A stretch of DNA of 64,000 bases from Octopus sinensis (lineage: Eukaryota). Below, piece by piece: positions 41,901 to 54,900 of the stretch. A program made the position numbers and the translations under genes. Under the pieces are notes generated by a model. It made no database searches. It saw only the letters and a list, made by a program, of their open reading frames with translations, and was not told the DNA's origin. The DNA is taken from contig NC_043000.1 in the NCBI RefSeq assembly GCF_006345805.1, positions 48,980,001 to 49,044,000 on the forward strand. Reading direction: 5' to 3'. Each line of letters starts with the position of its first letter. The first letter of the stretch is position 1.

Positions 41901-43649
41901 TTAATAACAATGATTTATTTTGATTGAGTATAATTTCAAACGTAGAAATACTGCGGTATTCGCGATGTAATCAAATTAATGTCTCTGTTACTGCGATATA
42001 TATATGAGCCAAAGTATTACCATTTACTACATTCCTCTCCTTTTTCTTGCATCGTATGCTATTCTACTGCAAAACAAAGGAATATATCGTACAATACGAT
42101 CCTGTAGACACTATGTTAGAGTAAAAATAATGGGAGAGTATGTTACCGTTCAACTTAATCGAAGTTGATGTCAAGCTGTACGACGGACAGAAAGCGTCAA
42201 CCGCGGTAGTATTTACTTTGAAATCCCAGAGTCAAATATGTAGTTACAATTTACCAATTCTACCTACTATATAGAAGGTTCACGGAAGACATATAAGTAA
42301 AAGTAACAGAATACTCCAAAATATATACCCATGCGAGTTTATTGTTTGCAATTAACATCTGTACGCCTCGACGGGAAGGTGCTCAGTCAGCAGTTTAGTT
42401 GTGACTTTATATTTAATATTAATTATTTTATCGAGATTAATAATTGATTAAGAAATGTTTTTCTTCCTAAAATAAAAGAACGCAGATTGTAAGTAATTAT
42501 AACGGTTTATAAGTCGCTACACCAGAAACAAAAAAACATTTTGAGAAGGAATGTAAAAGCGCTGGGCCTATCTCTTAATATTTACTTATGTTACCAAATT
42601 TTTCGGTCAAACTTCAGGTGTACTCTGTGTACTTTCAAAATTTGGAAATAAGGTATACGATAAAAATTCAGTCATGTAGACCTTTCTAACCCAGAATGAA
42701 CAGAGTGAGTTTCGTTCATGCAAATGAATGATCGCATTCGCTTTGCATTATTATTTTGATTATTAGTGCAAAAAAAAATAATAAACGTGCATTGATTATC
42801 AAAAGGCGACATTTGCGTCGATGCAACGTTTCAACATCTCTCATGGTTGATGTCAAAATGATTGTTACATTAATCATTACTGAGAATGTGTATTTCTAAC
42901 GATCGGAAATATTTCCTTCTGAATCCTTCTTAATTTGTCGAATCCGGAAAGATTATAAGCGGAACAGTAACTCACAGAGAGGTTAATTGCCAATAAATTA
43001 GCACTGGATTACTTTATTACATTATTGTTTTTGCTTTACATGAAATGAATACATTGATTCAAAGTTTTAGTGAATAAAGAATCGGTGGACAATGCAAGAG
43101 AAAATGATCAGGTGGAATACATAATAGACCTCCCCTGTTTTCATGATATAGTTACAAATGAATTGGAAAATAACATAATGCGATCTGTACTTCATCACTA
43201 AATGATAAAATAGTGAGCAATTATTATTCATTTGTAAAATTATTACCGTGCTGATTTAATTTCAATCGTTTTACGTTTGATATTTATTCGAGTTACATGA
43301 CAATATTATTCGACGTTTTGTAAAGCTTAAAGAGAAATAAACAATATGAAAAAGAAAACCTGGAAAAAAATTAATCATTTTTTTTTGTCTCTAGAAATTG
43401 CTCGGAAGTCATGCTGTATTCAAGGCTGTTATGTTTCGCTCTACAAGATGTTAAATGCTTTGTTCGCTATGTCTATACAAAGAGCATGTTTATTTGAATG
43501 AATAAAGACGTAAAAGTAGTAAAACAAATGAATAGCTATTTTAATGACTGACAAATTACAAGTGTTTATTTTCAACACGAGGCTAAAGTGTCTTCGCAAT
43601 GTTTTAATTCACATGCAAAAACATGTATCAACACACGCTTTTAACGTCA

Positions 43650-44222
43650 CCTTCTATTCACAAGGCCCAACATTTTGGGGAAGGGGACCAGTTGATTACA
43701 TCGACCCCAGTACGCAACTAGTGCTTAATTTCGTTGACCCCGAAAGGATGAAAGCAGAGTCGACCTCGGCGGAATTTGAACTCAGAACATAAAGACAGAC
43801 GAAATACCTATTTCTTTACTACCCACATGGTGCGAAACACAGAAGGGACAAACAAGGACAGACAGACGGATTAAGTCGATAACATCGACCCCAGTGCGTA
43901 ACTGGTACTTAATTTATCGACCTCGAAAGAATGTAAGGCAAAGTCGACCTCGGCGGGATTTGAACTCAGAACGTAACGACAGACGAAATACCTATTTCTT
44001 TACTACCCACAAGGTGCTAAACACAGAAGGGACAAACAAGAACAGACAGACGGATTAAGTCGATTATATCGACCCCAGTGCGTAACTGGTACTTAATTTA
44101 TCGACCCCGAAGGGATGAAAGGTCAAGTCGACCTCGGCGGAATTTGAACTCAGAACGTACGGCAGTCGAAATACTGGTAAGCATTTCGCCCGACGTGCTA
44201 ACGTTTCTGCCAGCACGCCGTC
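43650..44222 (-). mobile_element. SINE family A (tRNA-derived) with an internally triplicated ~185-bp unit
   Basis: Head GGCGTGCTGGCAGAAACGTTAGCAC... and B box GAGTTCAAATTCC. ATCGACCCCAGT recurs at about 43700, 43884 and 44068. The CCTTTCATCCTTTCGGGGTCGATAAA-type segment resembles the MetaSINE central domain (from recollection). Confidence 0.85.
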
Positions 44223-44767
44223 TTCATGAAATGATAATATTGTTGATAATATATAAATGTCTGTTGCTAACTATCTCCGGAATAGGTTCCCCGATGTTTC
44301 ATTAATTTTCTTTTGGAGTTTTGTATTTATGAGGATTCTAAGATGTGAGTGTCCATATATATGTATGGACACTCATACTCATACATACACAAACATGTGT
44401 GCACACACATACAGATGCATATACATACAGGAGAGGGAGAAATGCCCAGGGTCTGAAAATATTTCACAAAGTTTTTCTGCGTTATAGAAGTATATATAGT
44501 TTGTGTGTGTAAGTGTGTGTGTGTGTGCGTGCATACTTGCGTCTGTTTTTGTGTGCATGTGTGTGTGTATGTATTGTTTGGATTTCATTTAAAGTAGTGT
44601 CAACATGTTAACAGAAGGAACATTTCAAAAAAGTTTTTAAAATGTGAGATGGGAAAATTACAAACTGCTAATATGGAGAAAAACAAAAAGAATAATTGAC
44701 AATAATGAGGGCAAGACAAGTGACAATCTGAAAAGTGAGCGCATCATCTTCCTTGAATACCAGGCAT

Positions 44768-45511
44768 TTGCCATCACCTACGAATCTAGTAAGATGGAAC
44801 GTCTTAGAGAATGATATCTGCAAATGTGTAAAGGTCGGTACACTAAAACATATTCTTTCCAACTGTTCATTAGCATTGAACAGGTATACATGGATGCACA
44901 ACTTGGTCCTTAAGGTTATCTTCAATGCTATAAAGAACCAAATTCATCTCAACAACATTGAGAAAAAACCGTTGAAAGTACCATCAAGAGATTTCATTAC
45001 CTTCGTGCAACCAGGTCAGCGGATCCTTTTCAAGAAGAAGATCAAGAAACTTCCTGAGAAAAATGAAAAGTGGAACGGCTATTGGGAGGTAACTGCAAAT
45101 TTACCTGGGTGCCAGGTTTTCTTTCCCATCCCAGTTACGAAAAAACCAGATATTTTGATGTGGTGTGAAAGAAAGAAATTTGTAAATATAGTCGAGCTAA
45201 CAGTTCCTCATGAAGATAATATGGACGCCGCTCGGACTTGAAAATTGAATCGTTATGAAAACCTCCTCGAGGAATGTGAAGACGCAGGCTGGAAAGCGAA
45301 ACATTTTCCTATCGAAGTCGGATGTAGAGGGTTTGTTGGACACAGAGTGAGACGACTGTTGTTATCGCTAGGCCTAACTCATCGTAAAGTCAATACTACC
45401 ATGACTGATAACCAATCTACAGTGGAGAAGGCTAGCCACTGGATTTGGTTAAAAAGAGACGATGAGCGATGGCTAGAAGTACATTTAGTTCTTCATAACC
45501 AGCTGATCTAG
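44768..45511 (+). pseudogene. C-terminal CCHC zinc knuckle and restriction-like endonuclease of a HERO-like LINE ORF; one in-frame stop (45239-45241)
   Basis: LPSPTNLVRW..CKC..GTLKHILSNCSLALNRYTWMHNLVL ... KPDI..W...VELTVPHE....*KLNRY..L...GW....PIEVGCRGF ... EKASHWIWLKR, a motif set characteristic of HERO-clade ORFs. ORFs 44735-45241 and 45245-45511 share one frame. Confidence 0.9.
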
Positions 45512-45619
45512 CAAGCGGGGCCTCATATCAGTGAGGGGGGCCGGTGCGCATTGATGCCGTCGAGAGGTAGGCCCCGAAACGGCGCGCATTCTCTCCTGAT
45601 GACCCCATACACTTGCTAG
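45508..45619 (+). ncRNA. Candidate non-circularly permuted (pseudoknotted) hammerhead ribozyme in the LINE 3' UTR
   Basis: GCCGTC (45556-45561) pairs with GAAACGGC (45576-45583). GAGAG (45562-45566) pairs with CTCTC (45591-45595), directly followed by CTGATGA (45596-45602). GGCCCC (45570-45575) before GAAA pairs with GGGGCC (45537-45542). Outer helix CTAGCAAG/CTTGCTAG. Confidence 0.55.
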
Positions 45620-46589
45620 CTTCCGGTATATGGAGCTTTTAACTGGTAGCACTTGCATGTGCAAGTTGTTTGCAAAACATCAATCGGTTGTTTTTATTGC
45701 GACTTAACTCTCTGTCAGCGGTGAACATCCCATATTTTTATTTAGGTGATTGCATTGTTCTTTATTTAAGGCGGTAGGGTGAAATTTGAGGATGGTTTCA
45801 GTTGTTACAATTTCTAGTAAATCTAAGAATCATGGAAGAATTCTAATAGCTCTTCGTAGCAGAGACTTTATCTTTACCATAGTGCTACACAAATGAAAAG
45901 CAAAACTCGAAACTTCTTTATGTTTTGAAAAATAAAGAAAACAGTGTTAGTTCATTGTTAATATTAGACAGCTGAATAAGTAAATGTCTGACATAATTGT
46001 ATATATAATTTGTAATTAATCAAATTAAAGTAATTTTACACGTCTTTAATCAAATTAAGTTAATTTATACCCGATACTGATTTGGACACTTTCCCTGGGT
46101 CAATAAAATATATAGCTATCGTACAGTTGAGACCATTCAATTATCTATATTCTAATACTCTTCAGATAATATAATAAATCTGTTTTAGACTGAACGACTA
46201 GATATATATCTTATATTTGGTTAAATATAAAGTAAGAGACTTATGTGGAACGAGACAGTGTAGGTATTACTTTTAAACATTAATTAAACTTTAGTTTAAT
46301 TATGAGACTTATTGTAAACATTAAAAGATGCTAGTCATTTTCGTATGGCTTAATGAAAGAACGAGGAGATAAGGCGGTGCCTGTGGCCTTTTCCAAGGCT
46401 ATAGAGACTGATGCGAAGAGGAAGCTAAGAAGGTAACCGCAGCACTGTAATGTAGTCTGATGTTTGGACTCTGCTGTTAGATGTGTTAAATTGTATCATG
46501 ACGGATTGACACTTAAAATTAAAAATGGTCTTCCAAACAGTTTGCTTCTTGCAAATATCACTCTTAAGATTTGGGTGAATTGAGGATAT

Positions 46590-46675
46590 CGTAGAAGACA
46601 CTTCTCCAAAAGAGCCACTCAGAAAGATTGAATTCGAAACTAGGCAGCTGTGAAGCTAACTTTTAAACCACATAG
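46590..46675 (-). mobile_element. SINE family B head, diverged
   Basis: GTAGAAGACACTT...GCCACTCAG..ATTGAATTCGAAAC...AACCACATAG, similar to 34600-34690. Confidence 0.55.
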
Positions 46676-47595
46676 TGTCCATTTAATCACGCGGTCGTGT
46701 CTGCAGCCAAGCTGTGTAGAAACGATAAAATGATTACCACGCTTGTTTCAATCCATGAAATTAGCATTTATGAATCTGTATTACCCGACCAATCAACATA
46801 TATGCAACATCAATTCTACAAATAAAATAATCAACCTTGAGATGATATTCATTTCTTTATTAACATTTGCTATGCACCATTTAATTTATTCATACACACT
46901 GTGTTATTACTTCAAACTGGGAAAGGATTTAATGCTGAAGTGAAACTTTTTTTACAATAGACTTTTCAAAGTAAAGATTTATGGCAATCTGCAGATACCA
47001 TTAATCGTTGTCCAAACATCGATATTGATTCCTTTGAAGACTATTTCAAATACTCTATATTTCATCTACCATTATACAGGCACAAACGTACATACACACA
47101 AGCAAGCATTCACACTTGCACAGACAAGCTCACAACACACATACGCACGCACACACACATACATACATATATGCGTGTTACTTGCAGAAATAAATGCGGA
47201 ATAACCATCTAGTAAATGTACATAACCGTGCACAGTTTGTTTCATAGAAATAAATTCCTTTAGAGATAATAACTCACGAGTGCTTTTTGCAAAAACGAAA
47301 CAACAGTTAAGCCACTATAGAGTAGTACGTTTGGCTTCTATTTTTAATGACTATCTCATATACATATAGGTGTTTCGAATCTAATTTAGTCTTCTCGGGT
47401 ACACTAATCAAAAGGAACAAAAATCTGTATGTGACGTAACTGCCAAGATAAAGAAAAGTAACTAAAACACATAAAACATTAATTAACAACAGTAGAATTC
47501 ATTTATGAATATTGTGTTGGTATTGAATCATATTGAGTGTATATATATATATATATGTAAATATATAATGTGTGTGTGTCTGTCAGCATCTATCC

Positions 47596-47639
<44 letters not shown>

Positions 47640-49560
47640 GTGTGTGTCTCTGTCAGTATCTATTCATATATAATATGAATATCTGTGCATATGTGAGTAC
47701 AAAATAGAACTCAGCTGAATCGTGATTTCTTTTTTCTTTTATTCTTCATTGTTACTGAATAGCAAAGTGTGCATAATTTCTCGCCCAAATAATTGTGCAT
47801 AGCTTTAGCCACAGCTCTTACATTCATATCTCTACGTCAAATGGAATGCGGCATCATAACAATTGGCATTGTATATAAACGTGTCTCATCAGACCACCAA
47901 TAATGATGTGCTTGATACATGATTGGTAGATATTTTCTTGTAGGAGGCGGTAACCTATTATTAGCTTGATTTGGATCAGATAACATTGAGGCCAAACTTG
48001 CGAACCTTAGGAACATTTGAAAGGATTATCAATATTTAATAGACAATTATTTTTCAGTTTCAACTTGGCATGTTTCCTGCATGACGGTATTGAGTTTCTT
48101 TTACTTTTCCTTAATTTTCATTTTTCTGTCTCTGTTAACCTAAGCTATTTTTGTATTAAAGTCAAGTACTCTTAACTTTGATTTGTGAGTGGGGTTTCTA
48201 TACCTAGAGCATAATTCTCCATGAACGTTTTTTTAATATTTTCTTCTTTCAAACAAGATTAATAGTTAACAACGAAAGAGAATTTTAATACATACAAAAT
48301 TAATTTCTTTCTTGTGCATACCTAACATAGACTTTCCAAGATAAATGCAAAATTTAATGAATACACATTTATTGAAAATACTCTGTTTAACACGTTTAGA
48401 CTATAATTCCTATTCTACTGTTATACAACAAAATAGAAGGAATACGTATCTTGAAGACAAACAATTTGATATCATTTTTACATATTGTTGAGACCGAGTG
48501 CTGTTAAAATTCATGGACACACTGTGTAATTTCCGAGGATCTTCATGAGTTTAAAGGTCCAATGCTGGTCTGGGTCTTCTGTGGCTTGCTTCACAAGTAA
48601 ATACTTTAAAATATAAGATCCAGAGCACTGATTTACTCTGAGACCAGTAATGCTACGAAGACGGACCTACTAAGAGCTTGGCGAAGACTTTAAATTTTCC
48701 AAAATATACACATTTACAACCATTTCATACAAGAACAAATATTCTCGTGGACACCGTCACATCTACATAGAAACATTTGACAAAATGTACTTCTCAAAGT
48801 ATCTACTTCCTCTTCCAAAAGTAAACAAGAATTTCTTTTCTCAAATTAATGTCATTTATATACTTGTATCCCAAAATATTCCTATTTTTCTACAATGATT
48901 TAATTACAATTTTTAGAAATTTTTATTCGTGGTGTGCTTCTATTTAAACACTTTTTAACTCCAGTAAATAAAATTCCAATTAGTATCACAATTTGTATAT
49001 ATGAACATTTTGTAGTAATAAACTCATCAGAATGAGTTACCTTGAACTTCTAAGTTTTGTAAAATTTTTCAAACATACATGCGTGTATATATATATACAC
49101 AGATAAAATTTTTATTTCGTAATGAGATAAAATATCCAAGGCTGTGTGTATTTTAGAACATTTAAAGATAGAAGGTCTTACAGCTGTTTCCAGGATTTTT
49201 ATTATATCGCTCCATCGGCAACGGTGTGAGAGGAAGCTTAAGAAATAGTTAATTTAGATAAGATATAAAATAGAGAGTGAGGTGGATGAATTAAAAGAAA
49301 ATATATGTGAGATATGTATGGATATTGCATTTGTAGATCCATTTGTAGATCCATTTTTTTACCCATAATTGTATATATATAATATTCCAATACCTTATGA
49401 GTAAAATCCAATAGAATTTTAAATTGTTCGTTCCAAGAGTAGAGTTTATACACAGTGTTGTGATTAAAGTGACCTTTTAGGCTGAATGGTATACATATAA
49501 TATTCCAATACTTTATGAGTAAAATTCAATAGAATTTAGAATTGGTCATATAAATAATAC

Positions 49561-49607
<47 letters not shown>

Positions 49608-50668
49608 CATATATTCATATATATGTATCTGTCGTGAATTTACGCTCTATTTCCGTCTTTCAACTTTTATTAACAACCAATATGTTCTAGTTGTGTTAGG
49701 GAAAAAATTAAAAAAAACTTAGTTTCAACTTTGTAGCAAATGACCTAAAATTCTCAAAATTTCAAACTTTTACATGATTCAGAGTATTTTACACTTTTAT
49801 AGATATAAAATAGACCTCAATACTGTATCGTGTTTATGAGTTACACTTAGAAACTAGTATCTCAGAAATCTATCATAAATGTCCATGATTAATGTACGCT
49901 GCATTGCGCATACAAATCAAATTTCATATCAAGCTATAAATAAATGTGTTCGATATTTTATTGATGAACTGGTGAAATCGAAGAGAATCAACGAATAGAA
50001 AGCAATTGCTGTATATGTAGCAGAAGTATGTTGAAAGTCTTACCGTATTTCATACTTTATAAATTGGGAATAACGTTTACTCATTTATCAAGAATATAAA
50101 CATGGCTACTACACAGTAGCATACTTTTGGTACCAAATCATGTACTGAAGTCTATTTAATTCACTGCAAATTTTCTCTGTAATCGACGCGTAGCCTTTTA
50201 CCAATTTAAATTTGTAGTCTATGTATTTAAAGATTGGTGACAAATATGATGTTTTCGGCTATAATGTTTTAGCTTTCGGTTAATCAAATATTTGTTATTT
50301 ACAGTGGGTAAATCTACATATGTTTCATTATGCGAAATAATGATAACAAGAAGTAATTAAAAAACTCCTAGGTATCTCGTATTATCATTTAATCAATAGT
50401 AACATAGGTAATGAAAATTTTTGATCTCTGAATCAGACAGTGACACTGAGATATTATCATAAGAAGTGAGTTTAATGCATCACATTTACATTTATGAATA
50501 GCTTTGATATCGAGAATGGATATAAGGCAGAATTGGTACAAGGCAAAATAAATATATTACGAAGATCAACTTACATAGCAAGTGACTTGATCTGAGATTG
50601 TGTGCTGAAATACAAACATTAGCAGCGTGGAAGATATTTATAAGCCATTTAAAAACACACAAAAACCG

Positions 50669-50855
50669 TTAGATTCACTTCAACATTTAAATTTAATTTG
50701 AGTCAAAATATTTTCGTTGATTTGAAACCGCGACCTCTTCACTGACAAAATTTCACTGAGATGCAGCACGAAGTTCTGTCTGTGAACAGATCGCGGTTCC
50801 TAGGCAACGAAAATATTTTGACACAAATTAAATTTAAATGATGAAGTGAATCTAA
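50669..50855. repeat. Fold-back inverted repeat (about 86-bp arms, 15-nt loop) with a hammerhead-like motif in each arm
   Basis: TTAGATTCACTTCAACATTTAAATTTAATTTG... versus ...CAAATTAAATTTAAATGATGAAGTGAATCTAA. Confidence 0.85.
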
Positions 50856-51589
50856 AATAAATATATCTTGGGAACTAATACACGACTCTTTAACTTCTGA
50901 TAAAAAATTATCATTCTGGAATGAGCAAGAGTTTCTTTTTTTTATGCTACTCAAAATAGTGTAATACTCGTTTTCAAATTAGGAAATTTCAGTTGTATTG
51001 TAGATAACGGATATACGGATATACATGAAAAAAAGATTACCAAATGGGAAATAGTTTTTCAGAAAGCGATGAGTGGGTTTTCTTTGACAAGGATGTATTC
51101 ATGAGATTAAGATAAACTGCTCGATTTCAATTTTAGAATACGGGAAATATTTATTCGCTTTGTAGTTGAGATCGAGTCTATATAGTGAAGTCTACGTATG
51201 TCACTTTAAAGTAAATTAGCACACGATCTACAACAGCAAACGAAATCAGTATCAGTCTGTTAAATCATTTGTAACGCCCAAGCCTTCATTGATAGAAAAA
51301 GATACCATACAGTAAGTATTGATTATTGTTTAATGGAGGGCATTTTTTAAAAAATATATAAATAGAAACTATTTGTCTAATCTCCCCATCCATTCTATCG
51401 TCGAGTTTCAAATGCTTCCTACTTAATGCATTTCGAAATTATTGAAACAAATGATATCATTGTAAACATAACAAGCTTGCAATTGAAGGATCCTTATCAA
51501 ATTTTTACATGCCTTATGTGATCAAGTAGAAGCAAGTAATTAGATTAATGTTGTGTGCGCATCTGTAAATATATATATATATAGTAGAA

Positions 51590-51772
51590 TAAATAGCTAT
51601 AACTCTTTGACTGCTATTTCTAAATTCGGTATGTGGTAAGGCAATTCGTTGCTAAACCCTTTATTGCTTAGTATTAATTAAATTTTCCTCGAATGAGGCT
51701 TTTACATGCCGAAGACTACTTGGTGTAATTGATAATTATTCCAAATTAATTAATTTCACCCTTCATTATTAC
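51590..51772 (+). mobile_element. Probable PLE-derived repeat; related copy inverted at about 5390-5490
   Basis: Reverse complement AATGAAGGGTGAAATTAATTAAT...CAAGTAGTCTTCGGCATGTAAAAG matches 5392-5460 (AATAAAGGGTAAAATCAATTAAT...CAAGTAGTTCGGTATGTTAAAAG). Contains CGAATGA-GGC..GCC-GAAG. Confidence 0.45.
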
Positions 51773-51774
51773 GG

Positions 51775-51809
<35 letters not shown>

Positions 51810-51822
51810 CATATATATATGC

Positions 51823-51855
<33 letters not shown>

Positions 51856-51888
51856 AATATATATATATATTTATATATAATATATATA

Positions 51889-51972
<84 letters not shown>

Positions 51973-51990
51973 CATAGACAGATAGATAGA
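51775..51990. repeat. (TA)n-rich microsatellite
   Basis: Direct inspection. Confidence 0.95.
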
Positions 51991-54900
51991 TATGTTTGTG
52001 TGCCTGTTTGTGCGTATGTATATATTATACAACATTTTTAATATGATAGAAGACAATCGCTTAGAGATCAGTCACGTTTCCAGTAGCTTCAATTGGCTCT
52101 TCTCCTAACAGCGCCTTTTAACACAAGTTACATGACATCAAGTGGATGTGAGATAAATATCGCATTCGATTGGATGCCAGTCTATTCCAGGAGATTTAGG
52201 TCCTATTCCAGATATAGATAATATAAATTGATTTTCTAAATTCACATGAAACAACATAGCCAGATTATCACATTCAGCATCCATAGGTGTTCAGAAGGGT
52301 ATTTTTTTGCCCGTTGCTAATATAAACGCTAACCAAGACAATATCATTGTTATATTAAGTATTCCAATATATCATTACAAATACTGTGGCGAGCTAAGTG
52401 CAATGCATTATGATTATAAATTCGTAATATATAAATACGTGGTAGATCATATATCAACTTTATATAGTTTATAAAATGACTGCTAAAATACCAGGGATGC
52501 ATACCCCACAAAATTCAGTTCAATTGCATGGTTTATTTTAAATCTCTTACATAAATCTATATACATTATCAGAAACTAATTTTTGTTGTATTAATTCCCT
52601 ATGACAATTATATTTATTAACTTTTTATGTTACTTCCAATTTCATTTATTTACATCACCAGCACAAAATCTATGTCACCTTTAGTTTCATGCGTTATTAT
52701 GGTATATTTTGAGAAGTATAAGAATTCCTTCAACTAAATTGCAAGATTTCAAATCGTATTATTACTCTTGAAAGCGTACTATTAGTTTTAAACATTCAAT
52801 TATGTGTAATCATACTCTACAATAATGGCTATTTATGCAACTTCGATTCCTGTTTATCTTTGCGTGCTCCTGTTTATGTCACATTTATATTACATTAATA
52901 AATAATGAGTGCAGAGTAGCAAAACATTGACATTCATTTAGTATTAATAGGATTAAGTTTACTACGGTTAATCAGTCGGCAGTCAGAGCAAATTTAGAGG
53001 GAATTTGACCTTTTTCTTATCGTCTTCCTAATTATATTATTAGAAAGGATATACAAAACACTAGTAGAGTCAGTCTACCTCGATCGTTGGCTGGCACTTA
53101 GATTACTGACATGCAAAAAATTTCGATATTGAAAGGAAGTAGAACGATTCAAGCATATGTATATACATATTCTGTATAAAATTATCGAACTAATTTTTTG
53201 AACAGTTATATCTCTCGTGGCTGGGGTTTATGGTGTTCTATTATATGTAAGCTATCATTTCCCTTGGACCTATGATTAAATATATATTCTATTAGACTCT
53301 AACATTTATTGCACACTTTTTTTCTTTGTGCCGAATGCATCATATTTAACAACGATACCATGTTGGAAATACATAAAAGCTCATTGCAGTTAACAGAATT
53401 GAAATCACTTGATCTATCCTTTATATAATATGGTATTTTTTGTATCCAGTAGTTATCACACATTTTTTTGTATTATACATGTCTTGAATGTGTATTATGA
53501 ACTTATTTAGGAAGAAATATGCAAGAACAACATCATGATAATCACCTTTATTTCACTACTGAATTTTCACTGAAATATTTCTTAGTAATCATCTGAAGCC
53601 TATATTCATAATATGAGTACTAAGAAATTCCTATTGCTTTTGAGCCAGCAAAATATCATAACAAAATATTTCAGACGTGTATTTGTTTCCTTTTGCTTGA
53701 ATTCATCAAATAAGGTTGAATGTGTTTCTTTTATAAATTTCTGCCTTATAAATTAAAATGAATTTTCCGGATATTTGTGTGTGCTGCCATCCAGTCTAGA
53801 ACATGCTACCCATATTATAAGAAATAGTTGCAAGCATTGCCATTTTCACGTTCCCTTTCAAACAATATACATTCTTACAAATAAATTATCAAAAGCCATT
53901 ATTTCCAGCTGATGTTACAGTATCATTAAATTATTTCATATATACAAAAATATTTTCTAGTATTTTGTTATATCGGAATAGGCTATATAGATTTCGATCT
54001 AATAAACCCAATTAATAGCGTTTTTGTATTTCATGTAATCATTTTCTGTCATATTATTTCCATGTTCCTATGCATGCCAGGCCATTATTTTACTTATATA
54101 TCAACTATAACAATCCTAAATTGTCTCGTGACATTGGAGGTTTCAGCGTAAAGAATTGACTACGCTTGAATACACATCCATAAAATCTTTGAGATCTGCT
54201 ATGGTAAACGTGTTGTTACAACATTAATAATTCGCTTCGCATGACTATTACCGACGTGTTTGTATAGTAAAAGTGTTTCCTTATTATAATACTACGGACA
54301 CGAATTTGCTTCTACTACAGGGTGTCACGGAATCATTATGAATCTCCAACGTTTCATACAGATCTTCCACGATAAAATAAAATCACAAAATGAAACCAAT
54401 AGATCGGAAATATCCAGATACTCGTACTTCTTTCTCCCTATGAAAATGTAATAATTTTTAATCTGTCTTTAAAATTTAGTTCAGTTATTATTTAGTAGTT
54501 CTAGAGATTGAATTTTATTAACGAAATATTTTTATCTTTGAGTTGTGTAAAGTATCAAACCAAACTCTATGTATTTTTCATACAAATGGTGACTGAACAT
54601 AGATATTAAATCAATGCTTTCGGGATATAAACAGGATCTGTAGCGCTTTTACTAAATAACACTTTTGTTTGCAATCTCACTGAAGCTGTTCATTAATGCC
54701 AGACTATTATATATAGCAAGTTGTATTCAATCCTTAACTTCTTCTAATCCTTCATACTTATACTGATTAGGTGAATGAGAATGTCAGTGTCAAAAACTTA
54801 TAAAGTTTATAACGACACATCACGACAGTGAAAGTTTACAGAGTTGCCTTCATTTAAATGTATTTATTAATGAACGATTTAAAAGTTATATATAAAAAAT

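Larger units (their letters stand above)
44768..45700 (+). mobile_element. 5'-truncated HERO-like non-LTR retrotransposon (RLE type) with 3' UTR
   Basis: See the pseudogene entry at 44768-45511. GC-rich structured 3' UTR at 45508-45670; 3' boundary approximate. Confidence 0.85.

Noticed and set aside
49328-49548. 12-bp and ~50-bp local duplications (also 47560-47668)
   Set aside because: Ordinary slippage or microsatellite-adjacent duplications; no repeat-spacer regularity, not CRISPR-like.
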